In this document: in pieces, positions 10,309 through 20,736 of the stretch | Position numbering within the stretch: position 1 is the stretch's first letter | How the letters are laid out: each line of letters opens with the position of its first letter | Virus record (IMG/VR): IMGVR_UViG_3300020709_000001 | Coordinates: 1-57,964 of that record | Reading direction: 5' to 3' (one strand) | DNA: 57,964 nucleotides | Origin: a virus | Lineage: Duplodnaviria > Caudoviricetes | The notes under the pieces: model-generated | The model's input: the letters and a program-made list of their open reading frames with translations, nothing else | Database searches by the model: none | Told to the model about the DNA's origin: nothing | Position numbers and translations under genes: made by a program

Positions 10309-10836
10309 TTAAAAGAGGGGTACATCTCTTGTTTGGTCGAATTTCATGCCGTCACCTTCAATTTGGCCAATACGTTTCCCGTCACTGTCTTTTGCATTGA
10401 GTAGTTGATCTTGTTGCACTTTAATCTTCTCTTGCTCATCCATCGGTGCATAGTGATGGAGTTCTGACATCATCTCTTGATAAATGTCATTAGGAAGCTT
10501 AAAGAGCAACATTTCGTTAACTGCTACAAAACCTTCATGCTCACCTGATTTGACTCGATAGTTTTCAAAGCCGGGTACTTCCTCGGCTTTCACTGGCACA
10601 TAACCTAAGCGCATGCGTTTGTGAATGGGATCGTACTGGTTTGTTGTTGATAACCAGCATGGATGAAAGCCAGGAATTTCTGGCGGGGTCGGAAGTGACT
10701 CTTGCGTAAATTCCGAGCGGAACATTCTACGACGTTCCTGTGATGATGCTAATGAATCTTCTGCAGCTGCACGAACTGAATCATGATGTCTATCTGTTCT
10801 ACCAGTGCTTAAGTTTTTCTTTAATCTGTTATCCAT
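10309..10836 (-). CDS. Conserved head-region hypothetical protein
   Basis: 175 aa; LPTPPEIPGFH..W...R..LGY.PV; operon context. Confidence 0.6.
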   Translation of the reverse strand: MDNRLKKNLSTGRTDRHHDSVRAAAEDSLASSQERRRMFRSEFTQESLPTPPEIPGFHPCWLSTTNQYDPIHKRMRLGYVPVKAEEVPGFENYRVKSGEHEGFVAVNEMLLFKLPNDIYQEMMSELHHYAPMDEQEKIKVQQDQLLNAKDSDGKRIGQIEGDGMKFDQTRDVPLF

Positions 10837-10838
10837 AA

Positions 10839-11828
10839 TTAACCTTTATTCTTGTTTTGACGATCCCATTCAGCGAATTTACTAATCATTCGCTTACGGG
10901 CTTCAGGATTATCCCATGCGCCTGCTTCTTTAATCGCAGCCACACGGTCGGGACTTAAGCGAAACTCATTCGCTTTCGTTGTTGCCGTTGTTTCTCTTCC
11001 CGAACTAGTCATGACAGATCGCGGTCTTTGTGTGGAATTATTGGGCTTATTATAGCTCATATTATATTTCTCAGGTAAATATTTTTTGAGCCGTCCGTCG
11101 AGTTCTTCCCAATAATCTTCTGTTGTTGGGTCAAATCCTTCATCAGTCAGCCGCTTATCAATCATCTGGGCAATCTGAGACTCTTCATTTCGACCGTTAG
11201 GATCATACCATGGGTTGTCTTCCATCCAGTCTGCTGCTAAACGTTGTACTTGAGGATCAGGAACTTGAATATTAGGCTTCTGTTGATTAATCTGTTTAGT
11301 AGCATTATTCTTAATACTTTGTAATGATTCTAATTTACGACGGGCTTCATATAGCATTTCTTCTGCTTTTGCCACTCCGTCACCGTCAGATTGACCTACA
11401 GCCTCACGCATCTTCATCTTAGCATATTCGACTTGAACGCCAGAGTCCTCGATTGCTTTATCGATTCTAGCTAATTCTGCGCCTGAGGTCTTCTTTTCAA
11501 CCGCGGCTAATCGTTCTGCTAATTCTTGATTCTGCTTTTTAAGTGCCGAAATCAGATGAACTGATTCTTTGGCTTTTGATTGATGCATTTTACGTTTAAG
11601 TCTTCGCTCTTCACGACGGACTTGACGTAATTCTTCTTCATCTGCATCAGTTTCTTGTTCAGTTTGTGTAGTTGGCTCACCGTCTTCTTGTGAGTTTTCA
11701 CTTGCTTGAACTGATTCTTCTTGTGCTTCTTCATGCTGTGGACTAATTTCGCCTTCAGGTAAAGCTACAATAGCACCCCCGTCTTGCGACTCTTCTACTT
11801 GCATATCTGCTTTTTCAGTTGAATTCAT
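10839..11828 (-). CDS. Putative capsid scaffolding protein
   Basis: Acidic N-terminus, long coiled coil, W...NPWY motif; between portal and capsid. Confidence 0.65.
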   Translation of the reverse strand: MNSTEKADMQVEESQDGGAIVALPEGEISPQHEEAQEESVQASENSQEDGEPTTQTEQETDADEEELRQVRREERRLKRKMHQSKAKESVHLISALKKQNQELAERLAAVEKKTSGAELARIDKAIEDSGVQVEYAKMKMREAVGQSDGDGVAKAEEMLYEARRKLESLQSIKNNATKQINQQKPNIQVPDPQVQRLAADWMEDNPWYDPNGRNEESQIAQMIDKRLTDEGFDPTTEDYWEELDGRLKKYLPEKYNMSYNKPNNSTQRPRSVMTSSGRETTATTKANEFRLSPDRVAAIKEAGAWDNPEARKRMISKFAEWDRQNKNKG

Positions 11829-11848
11829 AACAGTTTTCCTTTCAAAAC

Positions 11849-12274
11849 TTAGATGAATGCTTTAATTTCACGTGGATCGCCGGTGACTTTACCAATGAGT
11901 TCATGGTCATTAAAGAAAGTAAATAATGCTCTTCCTTGTGTACCTTTGTCATCATTAAAATCAATTTCCCATCTATCTCCACCCCATTTAGGAACACGCA
12001 CAAAATCGCCAACAGCAGCCCAGACACCTTCTGCCCATGGTTGCATAGTTTCACGATTTTTAAACGCCAAAGGGCCTAGTGCAATGACTTTACCGATCAT
12101 TGTGTTCCACTTCTCCGTTTCTTTTGTGTCTTCTGGAATGTAGATACCAGCTGATGTGACCTTCTCTTTGACCGCTCTTAATTGAATAAGAACACGAGCA
12201 CCGTACGGCGCCATAAGTGGGTCGACAACAGGAAACGCTTCTGCAAGCGTTTGCTCAATGTCAATGTTCGACAT
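11849..12274 (-). CDS. groES: GroES-like co-chaperonin
   Basis: PYGARVLI...TSAGIYIP...GKVIALGP...VGDFV matches the Cpn10 pattern. Confidence 0.85.
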   Translation of the reverse strand: MSNIDIEQTLAEAFPVVDPLMAPYGARVLIQLRAVKEKVTSAGIYIPEDTKETEKWNTMIGKVIALGPLAFKNRETMQPWAEGVWAAVGDFVRVPKWGGDRWEIDFNDDKGTQGRALFTFFNDHELIGKVTGDPREIKAFI

Positions 12275-12452
12275 CTCGATTTTGCTCCTCTAATAGGTTA
12301 TTTAAAATATTCAAAGATTCTTCCAATCCTTGGTGTTGACCAACTAAACGCTGATAAGTTTCAAAGTTGACTACATTGCCATCTACCATGGCTTGAGCAA
12401 CTTCTAATTTACGTTGTTCAATTAGCGTTATAAAGGAGCTAACAAAGTTCAT
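12261..12452 (-). CDS. Small hypothetical protein
   Basis: 63 aa; Y.RLVG..QGL; coupled between neighbours. Confidence 0.65.
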   Translation of the reverse strand: MNFVSSFITLIEQRKLEVAQAMVDGNVVNFETYQRLVGQHQGLEESLNILNNLLEEQNRDVEH

Positions 12453-12751
12453 TAGCGCCCTCTACCTGCTGCTTTCTTTAGAGGCTTGTGTGCTACATGA
12501 CCACCTTTTTTCAGTGTTGCAACTGAATGAGGAACTGGCTTGGTCAGTTTTGGCTTATTTCCTTTTGCAGGCAAATTAGCAATACCTTTTTCAGGGTATG
12601 CACCAATTAGCATGTTGTCAGGCTGATGTGACTCAGGATAAACCTTACCACCTTTAGCATACTTCTTTACTTTTCCACCTTTTTTTAAGTGGTTTGCTTC
12701 ACTTTCGCCACCCATGGCGATGCGCTTATGCATATTAATTGCTTCAGACAT
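12452..12751 (-). CDS. Small basic KKGG-motif protein
   Basis: Probable start MSEAINMH at 12751 after AGGAG; four GG motifs. Confidence 0.65.
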   Translation of the reverse strand: MSEAINMHKRIAMGGESEANHLKKGGKVKKYAKGGKVYPESHQPDNMLIGAYPEKGIANLPAKGNKPKLTKPVPHSVATLKKGGHVAHKPLKKAAGRGR

Positions 12752-12752
12752 T

Positions 12753-15338
12753 CTAACTCTCCTTCGGTTGGTGTTGATACTTCTGCTGTGCTTCTTGAAC
12801 AGTTCTTGCCATTTCAGCTTCAACCTTACGGCTGTCAATGTCCATTTCTGCAAATTTAATCTCTTTATTGACTAAATTATTCTGTGTATTTTCAACAAAT
12901 GATGACTGAAGCTTGGCTCGATCTTTTTCCATGTTCTGTGCCATTTGTTGCTGTGTTAACTGACTATGTTGTACAAGTTTAGCTTGTTCAAGTTGCGCTT
13001 TAAGCTGTGCTTCTTGTGCTTTCTGATCAGTCTGCATCTTAGCAGTTTGTTGCATTGCCTGCATTTCAGCCTGAACAGTAGGATCAATCTGAACTTGACT
13101 TTGACGAATTTGTTGAACAGTTTGTACAATTTGTGCAATTGCCTGACCAACTTCTGCAAGCATTTGTTTAGAGTCTTGATGCACATGACCAAGAGCACCT
13201 GCAACTAACTTCTGAGCTTCAACAATATGTGGTTGTACTTTAAAGATGTCAAACGGTTCACCTAATGCATCTGATGTATAGGCTTGTGTTTGTTTTAAAT
13301 ACCATAGTGTTAAATGCTGCTTTAAATGCTCTAGCAAAGCTGGCTTAAAGACAGGGGCAACTATTGGATTAGAACCGAAAATTGGGTCTTGATCATATTG
13401 TAAGTGCGATAACATATGAGCCAAATGATCTTGATCAGGGAATGCACCAACAGGTTTTCCTAATGTCATTGCTACATTTTCTAATGCAGGATTCATGTCT
13501 TCCACTTCATGCGGATCAGGTAGAACACCATTAATATCAGGCAGTTTTATCTGTTTAAGAATACGTTTTTCAACTTCCAAACGATTATACAGATCAGGGT
13601 TAGCCGCAGCACGTTGAGAAAGTGTTTGGATTTGAGCATAGCGTTGTGATTCGGCAAAAATGTGTGGGTCACTGACTGGTATCACATCAGAGTTAGTAAT
13701 AAAGTCATCTTGTGTCACTTCTAAATCAGCTACAACTTCACTCTTTCTTTGTTCATCTAAATACCATCTATTTAAACGAGTCAAGACTCTAAAGACTCGA
13801 CGCTGTGAATCATGTAGTCTGCTATGAATGGAACTAAATACAGCAGCTCCTTGTTCTATCAAAGCTTGTGTCGTTCCGACAGGAGCATTTGATGTAATAT
13901 CAGCTACTTTTTCTTCCGATGTAGTCACTACACCTTTAGCAGCATTTGTCAACCAACCAAGAAGTTCAAAAAGTACAGGACTAGGAGGGTTAAAAGGAAC
14001 AGGCATTGCAATTTTACGAACATCATCAACACCGGGAGCTCCCTCAATTTCAGATACTTGTGTGGGCTCAATTACTGTGGTTTGCCCACTGATTTTTGCT
14101 CCTTTGAGCTTGAGCATGGTAGGCGCTGTATTAATGTGTGCAGAATCCAATAAAGCACGCAATGCGCCAGTAAGAGCAGCAGAAAGACCACCAATGAGAT
14201 GAGGAAGACCAATAGCATAGGCGCCACGCCAAGGAATGAACTTAAACTCAATGAGCCAGTCAAGTTTAGTGAATGAATCATCGCCGTCCTCCCAGTTTCT
14301 GTAAAGACCAACCACTGCTCTTTCATTCTCATCAATCATGAGGATATATGGAGCACGATCACCTTTTGTAAATTTATCTTCTTCAAGTTCTAACCATGTG
14401 AAGATGTGATAAACACGTCTGACACCATCTACGTTATCATGTTTTTGTGATCTACCTTCGATCTTGTCATTTGCTTTTTGCGACTTACTTTCATTAGGCT
14501 CCATAGGAGCTCTATATACATCTAAGTCCGTATACAGTCCGTTCTTAACACGAAGGTCATATTCTTCTTGTGTAATGTCTTGAACTTCAGTAACTCGACC
14601 GGCAGTGTAAAAATTACCAGCCGCAAAAGGTAAATACACATTATCAATAGGAACAAATTCAGTGCAAGGGCGTTTCTTGCTTTCGTCGTACCACATCTTA
14701 AGGTACTGACTACCACCGAGAGGAAGTTGTGTGAGCATTTGCTCTTCTTCATCACGATATTCTTCAATTTGCTCGGTTAACTGCCAATTCATGAAATCGC
14801 GTTTGCGATTTGCTCTTTCTTGCTTTTCTTTCGTGGCTTCACCGATGATTTTTGTCCTGACCGGACCATCTGCTGGGAAAAGCTCTTTAATTGCTCTGGC
14901 TGCAAAGTCAACGCATGCTTCCGCCATGACCGGGTGGACGACTTTTGAGGCTCCCATGAATTGAGCGCCGCCAGGAGCATCATGCCCCAATCCAGTTCTT
15001 CTAAGTCCGTCTTCATACTGCTTATCTCTGTCTTCACGAGCTTGTTTATCTTTTTCTATTAAATCTAAGTACTTTAAAGCAATAGTATCAAGATCCCATG
15101 AATCAACAGACCCAGAATCGGCTAGATTTTCATAGAAATCAGGAGATTCCTCCGGTCCTCTTAAGTCATTGAACCGAATAATTGCACTGCCATCCGGAAG
15201 TTCTTCTATATTATCAGCAGATGCTTCAATATCTTCAAGAATCTCATAAACAGACTCATTATCATCAGTATCAGGGTTTGACCCTTCTTCACCTTTAATA
15301 AAACGATTGTAGTCTTGGGGAATTGGCATTTCCGGCAT
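12753..15338 (-). CDS. Portal protein
   Basis: 861 aa; GASKVVHP..AEA, P.VGTT.ALIEQG, Gln-rich helical C-terminal barrel as in P22-type portals. Confidence 0.88.
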   Translation of the reverse strand: MPEMPIPQDYNRFIKGEEGSNPDTDDNESVYEILEDIEASADNIEELPDGSAIIRFNDLRGPEESPDFYENLADSGSVDSWDLDTIALKYLDLIEKDKQAREDRDKQYEDGLRRTGLGHDAPGGAQFMGASKVVHPVMAEACVDFAARAIKELFPADGPVRTKIIGEATKEKQERANRKRDFMNWQLTEQIEEYRDEEEQMLTQLPLGGSQYLKMWYDESKKRPCTEFVPIDNVYLPFAAGNFYTAGRVTEVQDITQEEYDLRVKNGLYTDLDVYRAPMEPNESKSQKANDKIEGRSQKHDNVDGVRRVYHIFTWLELEEDKFTKGDRAPYILMIDENERAVVGLYRNWEDGDDSFTKLDWLIEFKFIPWRGAYAIGLPHLIGGLSAALTGALRALLDSAHINTAPTMLKLKGAKISGQTTVIEPTQVSEIEGAPGVDDVRKIAMPVPFNPPSPVLFELLGWLTNAAKGVVTTSEEKVADITSNAPVGTTQALIEQGAAVFSSIHSRLHDSQRRVFRVLTRLNRWYLDEQRKSEVVADLEVTQDDFITNSDVIPVSDPHIFAESQRYAQIQTLSQRAAANPDLYNRLEVEKRILKQIKLPDINGVLPDPHEVEDMNPALENVAMTLGKPVGAFPDQDHLAHMLSHLQYDQDPIFGSNPIVAPVFKPALLEHLKQHLTLWYLKQTQAYTSDALGEPFDIFKVQPHIVEAQKLVAGALGHVHQDSKQMLAEVGQAIAQIVQTVQQIRQSQVQIDPTVQAEMQAMQQTAKMQTDQKAQEAQLKAQLEQAKLVQHSQLTQQQMAQNMEKDRAKLQSSFVENTQNNLVNKEIKFAEMDIDSRKVEAEMARTVQEAQQKYQHQPKES

Positions 15339-15339
15339 A

Positions 15340-18300
15340 TTATTTCCTCATTGCGAGTTCTAATTTCATGTAATCAGGCGTGATTTTATGCTCGATCATA
15401 CCACCTTTTTTGTGGCCCTTAGGCTTATTACTTTGTAGTAACTCACGAAGATGATCTGTTGTCACAAAACGCGGCAAGTCAGGGTTTTTCTCAAGCAACT
15501 GATTATATAGATCCATTTTGCTTCCTTTAATGTCCATAGAAGGAGACATTAAAGAATCCATTACACTTTTCGTATCATTACGATCAATAATTCCTGCGCC
15601 TGCTAAATCACGTCTACCTTCATCAGTAATTGAATAAATCGTATGAACATTTTCAGGATTGTTTAGCAAATCAAGTGCTTGATCACGATATTTTTCAATG
15701 ATCGGTCTATTTTGCTTACCTTTAAACTGATTAAGCACAACAGTTGGGTTGGCTTTAATCCATTTGTCTTGATCTTCTGCAAGTTGATATTTAAGACTTG
15801 ATGGTAAATCTTCATAGCGCGGTGCAACTACATTCATTTCAACCGTTGCATGAGGCTTATTTGACTTATCACGTAATGTAAAGATCTTTGTGTCACCGCT
15901 AGCTACTTCAGATGTATAACAACCTACGCAGTGACCCATCATGTCACCTTCATTCTTAAGCGCTTTTTCAAGAAGATCATAGTTTTTCTGACTTCTATAT
16001 TCTTCCATAGCATGTTCAGGATGCTTAGTAGTGGCTACAAGTTGCTTACCTGTGCTTTTATCAACAATATTATGAACAGGATTACCATGCTCATTATTAA
16101 ACTGAATCAGTTCATGTCCTTCTTCTAATGGATGCTCTACATCAGGCATTTTTAGTTCATGCCATTTATCGCCATTTTCATACTTCTTAATAGGCGGAAA
16201 ATGCTCCATGTCTTTAGCAGCGGTCTTTGCCATCTGCTTTTCACGGTAGTCATTAATCTTGGCAACATGGCGAACTGCATCTGGAACGGTCATTCGTTCT
16301 AGATCTTTAGTCTTTAACTGCAACTGCAGTGGAAGATCAGATCTCGGGTTCAGTGAACTTCTTAATTCATCCATTAAATGGTCAAATCCAAGATGATTAA
16401 AGTCTGATCTATTTGGCATTGAGTGAATTGGTGCATTAGGGTCTTTTTCTGCCAATTTCTCAATCCATGGATAATCTTGCAATGTTGCACCAGATGCATG
16501 TGCATTTTCCATTGCATGTTCTGCTGAAATAGAGCTAATTGCTGCATCTGCTCTGTTTTCCCAGTCTTTTCCTTTAACTGTTGTTGAATGTCCTTTAGAT
16601 GGGTATCCTGCTAAAACTCGTTTATCAGGTAAATGAGCAGGATACCAATGATTTTCTCCTATGTCATTAATATGACTAATTCCATGCTCATCTGCAAGTT
16701 TTCTTACAGAGTCATTAGGTGTAGCCAGCTCATTTTTAATATATGACTCTAGTCTTTTGTCAACCCATTTATTAAGCGCTTCTGTGTGAAGAATATCTTG
16801 CTGATGCTCAAGAGTATATCCCATCTTATCAGCAACTTCTTTCCAGTTTGGCTTAAGCTCATAAAAATTTTGATTTAAAGGTGGAGGAAGACCTTGCTTT
16901 AGTGTTCTTAAATGAGCACCTAGTGCTTTATCTATCCAGTTGCCACCTTTTTCTTTGACTGACCAGTTAATGTCTGGATTGTTCAGTGTCAGAGCTGCTT
17001 TCATCTCATCAACAGATGGCTTTTTCAGATCTTCGAGCTCTTTCTGATCTTTCATTCTCTGTTCTAGAGTGCGAGGCTCGGTCTTAGCTTTCTCTTCTTG
17101 ATCTTTAGCTAGACTTTCTCTGTTCTTTCTAAACAGCTCTTCACGCATCTGCTCTGGAGTAAGCGGCACTTCTGACATAGAAGCAGACGGCTTGTTTAGC
17201 TGCAGAGTTTTCTCTTGATCAAGCTTCTGTCTAAGCTCTTGTATACGTTTCCACTCAGGGTATGTTAGGAATGTGCCTTGGCCACCATGGATTAATGCAT
17301 AGTCAGGGTTAATAGACTTCTCAATACCGTAGTTAGACCAGCCAGGAAGACCTGTACTAGCTTGCTTAGGGTGAAACTTCATTGGATAGTAGTTGCGAAG
17401 TGCTTTGTCTGATAAATCAGCACGACGCTCATCTAATCTTGCTTCAATCTCGCCTACAATATGTCGATAATTCTCATGTGGGTCAGTAAAGGGTGTTAAG
17501 TTAGCTTGACCTGAATTTGCATAGTCAATTGCTTCTTGAGTTGGCTTCTCACCTGTAATTTGCTCATGAAGTTTTGCAGCCTCATTAGCATTAATGTTGT
17601 GCTTCTCCATCAATGCATCAATTGCTTTTGCATGAATCGCATCTTTTTCTGATGGAAACATGCCAGTGGATCCACCTCTACCATGTCCTTCATGCTGTTG
17701 AATTGCATGTGATAGTTCATGCTCAAATAGCAGTCTTAGTGCTACAGGGTCATTTGCTAATTTCTCATTGACAAAAATTGTATTGTAGTCAGGTATGAAA
17801 GCACCATGATTATATGGATCAAGATCCATAAAGTGCACATCCATATCAGCCAGATGCGGATATGCTTTGTATAGATCTGGATGTTGATAGACATCTTTCA
17901 TCTTCAAGTCCATCTTAGGAACCATGTCAGGAGTAACCGTGACTTTAGATCCTTTACTAGAAATCTCTTGGCGTGGCTTTAAGTCAAAACTTTTGTACGT
18001 TCCTGTTTCATACATGTTTTGAGCAGGGTCCATACCTGCTTCTTCATTCTTCTTAAACTGCTCATAGTCAGTGTCTCTCCAGCTTCTGGATTTTCTGCCT
18101 TGAGTAATGCCAAGAGCTGTAACTTCAGGAGATAAACTACCAAACTGACTTGGAACTAATGACTCACCCATGAATGCTCTGTTTGCAGCTTCTTGAGCAA
18201 CTGCTTTAGCACCTGTTCCTACAGCTTTAGCAGCTGGACCAGCAAACTCACCTGATGCACCTAGCATGGTGTTCATCATATTCTCTACATCTTGAACTGG

Positions 18301-18795
18301 TAGTCCAGTCTGATTGGAGATCCATTGTGATCCTTGACCGATGTTCTGACCAACATAGTCCATCAGTTGCGATGTTGCCTCATTCCTATAAGCAGGGTCA
18401 TTGGTAATGCCTAGTGCACTACCGAAAGGCTGATTAAAGTAGCCGGCTGCTTGATTCGAAGTCTGCTCTGCTTCTTCAGGAGACTGCCCAAATGCTCGAC
18501 TGCCTGCGTACGTCGCTTGCTTTGCAAAGTAAGGAAGGACGCCACCGACTGTATTGTCAAGTACAGAGGCAACCCCTTTACTTAGATCCAATGCATTACT
18601 TGCAAGTGTGCTGAGCGGCCCAAAGGGTGATACCTGAGGCTGAGGAGCTAGTTGTGCTGCTACTTCGGGTTGTTGCTGTGAAGCTTGCTGAGGAACTACG
18701 GACTGTAATGTCGGAGTCTGCTGTGCAGACTGATTGAGTATCGCCTCGATTTCAGACGGGTCAAACGAAACCGAGACGTTCGAGCTAGGATCCAT
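15340..18795 (-). CDS. Large polyvalent-type protein (LPD23-like HExxH region, PcfJ-like C-terminal domain)
   Basis: HPDLYKAYP.L...HELSHAIQQHEG..GG...GEIEAR; EGDMMGHCVGCY...IFTLRD...PHATVE; C-terminal HKKGG; start ATG 18795 or GTG 18801. Confidence 0.7.
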   Translation of the reverse strand: MDPSSNVSVSFDPSEIEAILNQSAQQTPTLQSVVPQQASQQQPEVAAQLAPQPQVSPFGPLSTLASNALDLSKGVASVLDNTVGGVLPYFAKQATYAGSRAFGQSPEEAEQTSNQAAGYFNQPFGSALGITNDPAYRNEATSQLMDYVGQNIGQGSQWISNQTGLPVQDVENMMNTMLGASGEFAGPAAKAVGTGAKAVAQEAANRAFMGESLVPSQFGSLSPEVTALGITQGRKSRSWRDTDYEQFKKNEEAGMDPAQNMYETGTYKSFDLKPRQEISSKGSKVTVTPDMVPKMDLKMKDVYQHPDLYKAYPHLADMDVHFMDLDPYNHGAFIPDYNTIFVNEKLANDPVALRLLFEHELSHAIQQHEGHGRGGSTGMFPSEKDAIHAKAIDALMEKHNINANEAAKLHEQITGEKPTQEAIDYANSGQANLTPFTDPHENYRHIVGEIEARLDERRADLSDKALRNYYPMKFHPKQASTGLPGWSNYGIEKSINPDYALIHGGQGTFLTYPEWKRIQELRQKLDQEKTLQLNKPSASMSEVPLTPEQMREELFRKNRESLAKDQEEKAKTEPRTLEQRMKDQKELEDLKKPSVDEMKAALTLNNPDINWSVKEKGGNWIDKALGAHLRTLKQGLPPPLNQNFYELKPNWKEVADKMGYTLEHQQDILHTEALNKWVDKRLESYIKNELATPNDSVRKLADEHGISHINDIGENHWYPAHLPDKRVLAGYPSKGHSTTVKGKDWENRADAAISSISAEHAMENAHASGATLQDYPWIEKLAEKDPNAPIHSMPNRSDFNHLGFDHLMDELRSSLNPRSDLPLQLQLKTKDLERMTVPDAVRHVAKINDYREKQMAKTAAKDMEHFPPIKKYENGDKWHELKMPDVEHPLEEGHELIQFNNEHGNPVHNIVDKSTGKQLVATTKHPEHAMEEYRSQKNYDLLEKALKNEGDMMGHCVGCYTSEVASGDTKIFTLRDKSNKPHATVEMNVVAPRYEDLPSSLKYQLAEDQDKWIKANPTVVLNQFKGKQNRPIIEKYRDQALDLLNNPENVHTIYSITDEGRRDLAGAGIIDRNDTKSVMDSLMSPSMDIKGSKMDLYNQLLEKNPDLPRFVTTDHLRELLQSNKPKGHKKGGMIEHKITPDYMKLELAMRK

Positions 18796-18803
18796 GTACA
18801 CGA

Positions 18804-18834
18804 ATCATAACACCCTTTGTCAGGATGTTACAAT
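18804..18834. promoter_or_regulatory. Back-to-back extended -10 promoters
   Basis: Plus: TGT-TACAAT (18826-18834) 6 nt before ATG 18841. Minus: TGT-TATGAT (18812-18804) 8 nt before ATG 18795. No SD on either side. Confidence 0.6.
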
Positions 18835-18840
18835 ACTGCT

Positions 18841-20283
18841 ATGCCTTTGACTGATGAGCAGCTCAAACTAATATCAAAACGAATTACCAAACACGATGCC
18901 GAGTTATCGAAGATGTCGCCTGAGTGGCGGGCAGCTTTCAAAGCTCGGCTTAAGTGGATGACTGTAGCTCTTCCTCATCAGATCGAGCCACCGACTGACT
19001 GGGCGATCTGGCTATTGCTAGCTGGCCGTGGAGCCGGAAAGACTAGGTTAGCAGCAGAGTGGGTCTGGTGGACTGCATGGTCAACTCCTAAGGTCCGCAT
19101 TCTAGTCACTGCTCCTACCAGTGGCGACATTCGTGACGTGTGCTTTGGTGGTGAATCTGGGCTTCTGAACGTTTGTCCTCCCGAAATCATCGAGAACTAC
19201 GGCATTTCTCTGCACGAACTGACTTTAAAGAATGGTTCTTTAATCAAAGGTATTGCCGCCTCAGAACCGTCTCGGTTCCGAGGTCCTCAATGGCACCATG
19301 TCTGGGCTGACGAGCTTGCCGCTTATGACTATTTGGATGATGCCTGGGACATGATTCAGTTCAGTCTTAGGCTCGGTAAGAAGCCACGAATGGTTTGCAC
19401 AACCACTCCAAAACCGGTTCCTAAGATCGTAGAGCTGTATGACCGTGATGGTGAAGACGTACATGTTACCACTGCAAGCACATACTCGAATATGCACAAT
19501 TTGGCACCGACCTTTCAGAATCAGATTCTCCAGTACGAAGGCACCGAGATCGGTAGGCAAGAGATACATGCTGAGATACTGAACCCAGAAGAGAGTGGTC
19601 TGGTCAAACGGAGTTGGTTCAAGCTCTATGACTCTGATAAGCCATTTCCTGAGTTTAGCTATGTCATACAATCCTATGACGTAGCTACCTCTGATAAGAC
19701 TGTGAACGACCCCACTGCGTGTGTAGTTCTAGGTATCTTCAGGCCAGGACCGGATTCTGGTAACCGTGTCATGCTGATTGACTGTTGGTCTGAGCACTTA
19801 CTGTACCCGGATCTAAGGGCTAAGTTACAGGACGAGTACACCGAGGTGTATGGCAATCCGGACGAGTTTGGTTCTGGTAAGAAGGTAGACATGATTCTGA
19901 TTGAGAATAAGTCTAGCGGCATAGCACTGATACAGGATCTGCAACAAACACGAATACCAATCAGAGGCTACAATCCGGGGTCGGCAGACAAAGCAACACG
20001 CCTGAACATCGTAGCTCCGATGATCGAGAAGGGGTTGATGTACCTACCGGAAAGTAGTGAGATACCGGGGCAGCCAAGGACTTGGATACAACCTTTCGTG
20101 TCTGAGGTATGTAGTTTTCCACTGGGACGGCATGACGATTACGTAGACGCTCTGAGCCAGGCACTCCGATATTTAAGAGACAGTGGCATGATCACACTGG
20201 ACTACCATGCCAGTGAACCAAGCATCTATGCCGATGATGATAATCCTAGACCAAACCGGTCCGTAAATCCTTATTCAATCTGA
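18841..20283 (+). CDS. terL: Terminase large subunit
   Basis: Walker A AGRGAGKT, Walker B WADE, TTTP motif, nuclease residues SYDVA, IENKSSG, HDDYVDA. Confidence 0.95.
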   Translation: MPLTDEQLKLISKRITKHDAELSKMSPEWRAAFKARLKWMTVALPHQIEPPTDWAIWLLLAGRGAGKTRLAAEWVWWTAWSTPKVRILVTAPTSGDIRDVCFGGESGLLNVCPPEIIENYGISLHELTLKNGSLIKGIAASEPSRFRGPQWHHVWADELAAYDYLDDAWDMIQFSLRLGKKPRMVCTTTPKPVPKIVELYDRDGEDVHVTTASTYSNMHNLAPTFQNQILQYEGTEIGRQEIHAEILNPEESGLVKRSWFKLYDSDKPFPEFSYVIQSYDVATSDKTVNDPTACVVLGIFRPGPDSGNRVMLIDCWSEHLLYPDLRAKLQDEYTEVYGNPDEFGSGKKVDMILIENKSSGIALIQDLQQTRIPIRGYNPGSADKATRLNIVAPMIEKGLMYLPESSEIPGQPRTWIQPFVSEVCSFPLGRHDDYVDALSQALRYLRDSGMITLDYHASEPSIYADDDNPRPNRSVNPYSI

Positions 20284-20459
20284 CATCTGCAGAGCTGCAG
20301 AGAGCTGCAGAGGAAAGTGTTTACTTTAGGTACTGAGGACTGTGGACTCAGAAGCTGACCTAGCGCGCCCCCGGAGAAGTGTTCGAGGTCCTATGCTTTC
20401 TGTAGCAAAAAAGCCCGCAGCTCAGTGCCCAGAGCTAAGCTGAAGCTTCGAAAAGAATC

Positions 20460-20487
20460 GGCACCCAACTGCTATGAGCTGGGTGCC
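20460..20487 (-). terminator. Terminator for ORF 20495-20683
   Basis: Minus strand GGCACCCAGCT-CATAGC-AGTTGGGTGCC then GATTCTTTT. Confidence 0.65.
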
Positions 20488-20494
20488 TAGCTGC

Positions 20495-20683
20495 TTACTT
20501 GAATTCGATGTAGATGTAATCTGACATCGTAACTTCACAAACATCTGAATTTGCTGGGAGAGATTTAAGATATTCGAGAATCGATTTTTTCTCGATATTG
20601 ACATAAACATCTGTGCCAGCGATTTTGGCTTTTAATTTCGAAGGGAAACATTCGATGTTCTTGATTGCGAACGCGTTTTTCAT
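20495..20683 (-). CDS. Small monocistronic early-type protein
   Basis: 62 aa with its own promoter, AGGAG RBS and terminator. Confidence 0.75.
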   Translation of the reverse strand: MKNAFAIKNIECFPSKLKAKIAGTDVYVNIEKKSILEYLKSLPANSDVCEVTMSDYIYIEFK

Positions 20684-20736
20684 ATTTAATACTCCTGTTT
20701 AGAATTAAGAAAATACAACTTTGTACTACAAGATTC

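Noticed and set aside
20330-20400. tRNA-like sequence around GTTCGAG
   Set aside because: Could not fold a cloverleaf; no acceptor stem or T-stem pairing
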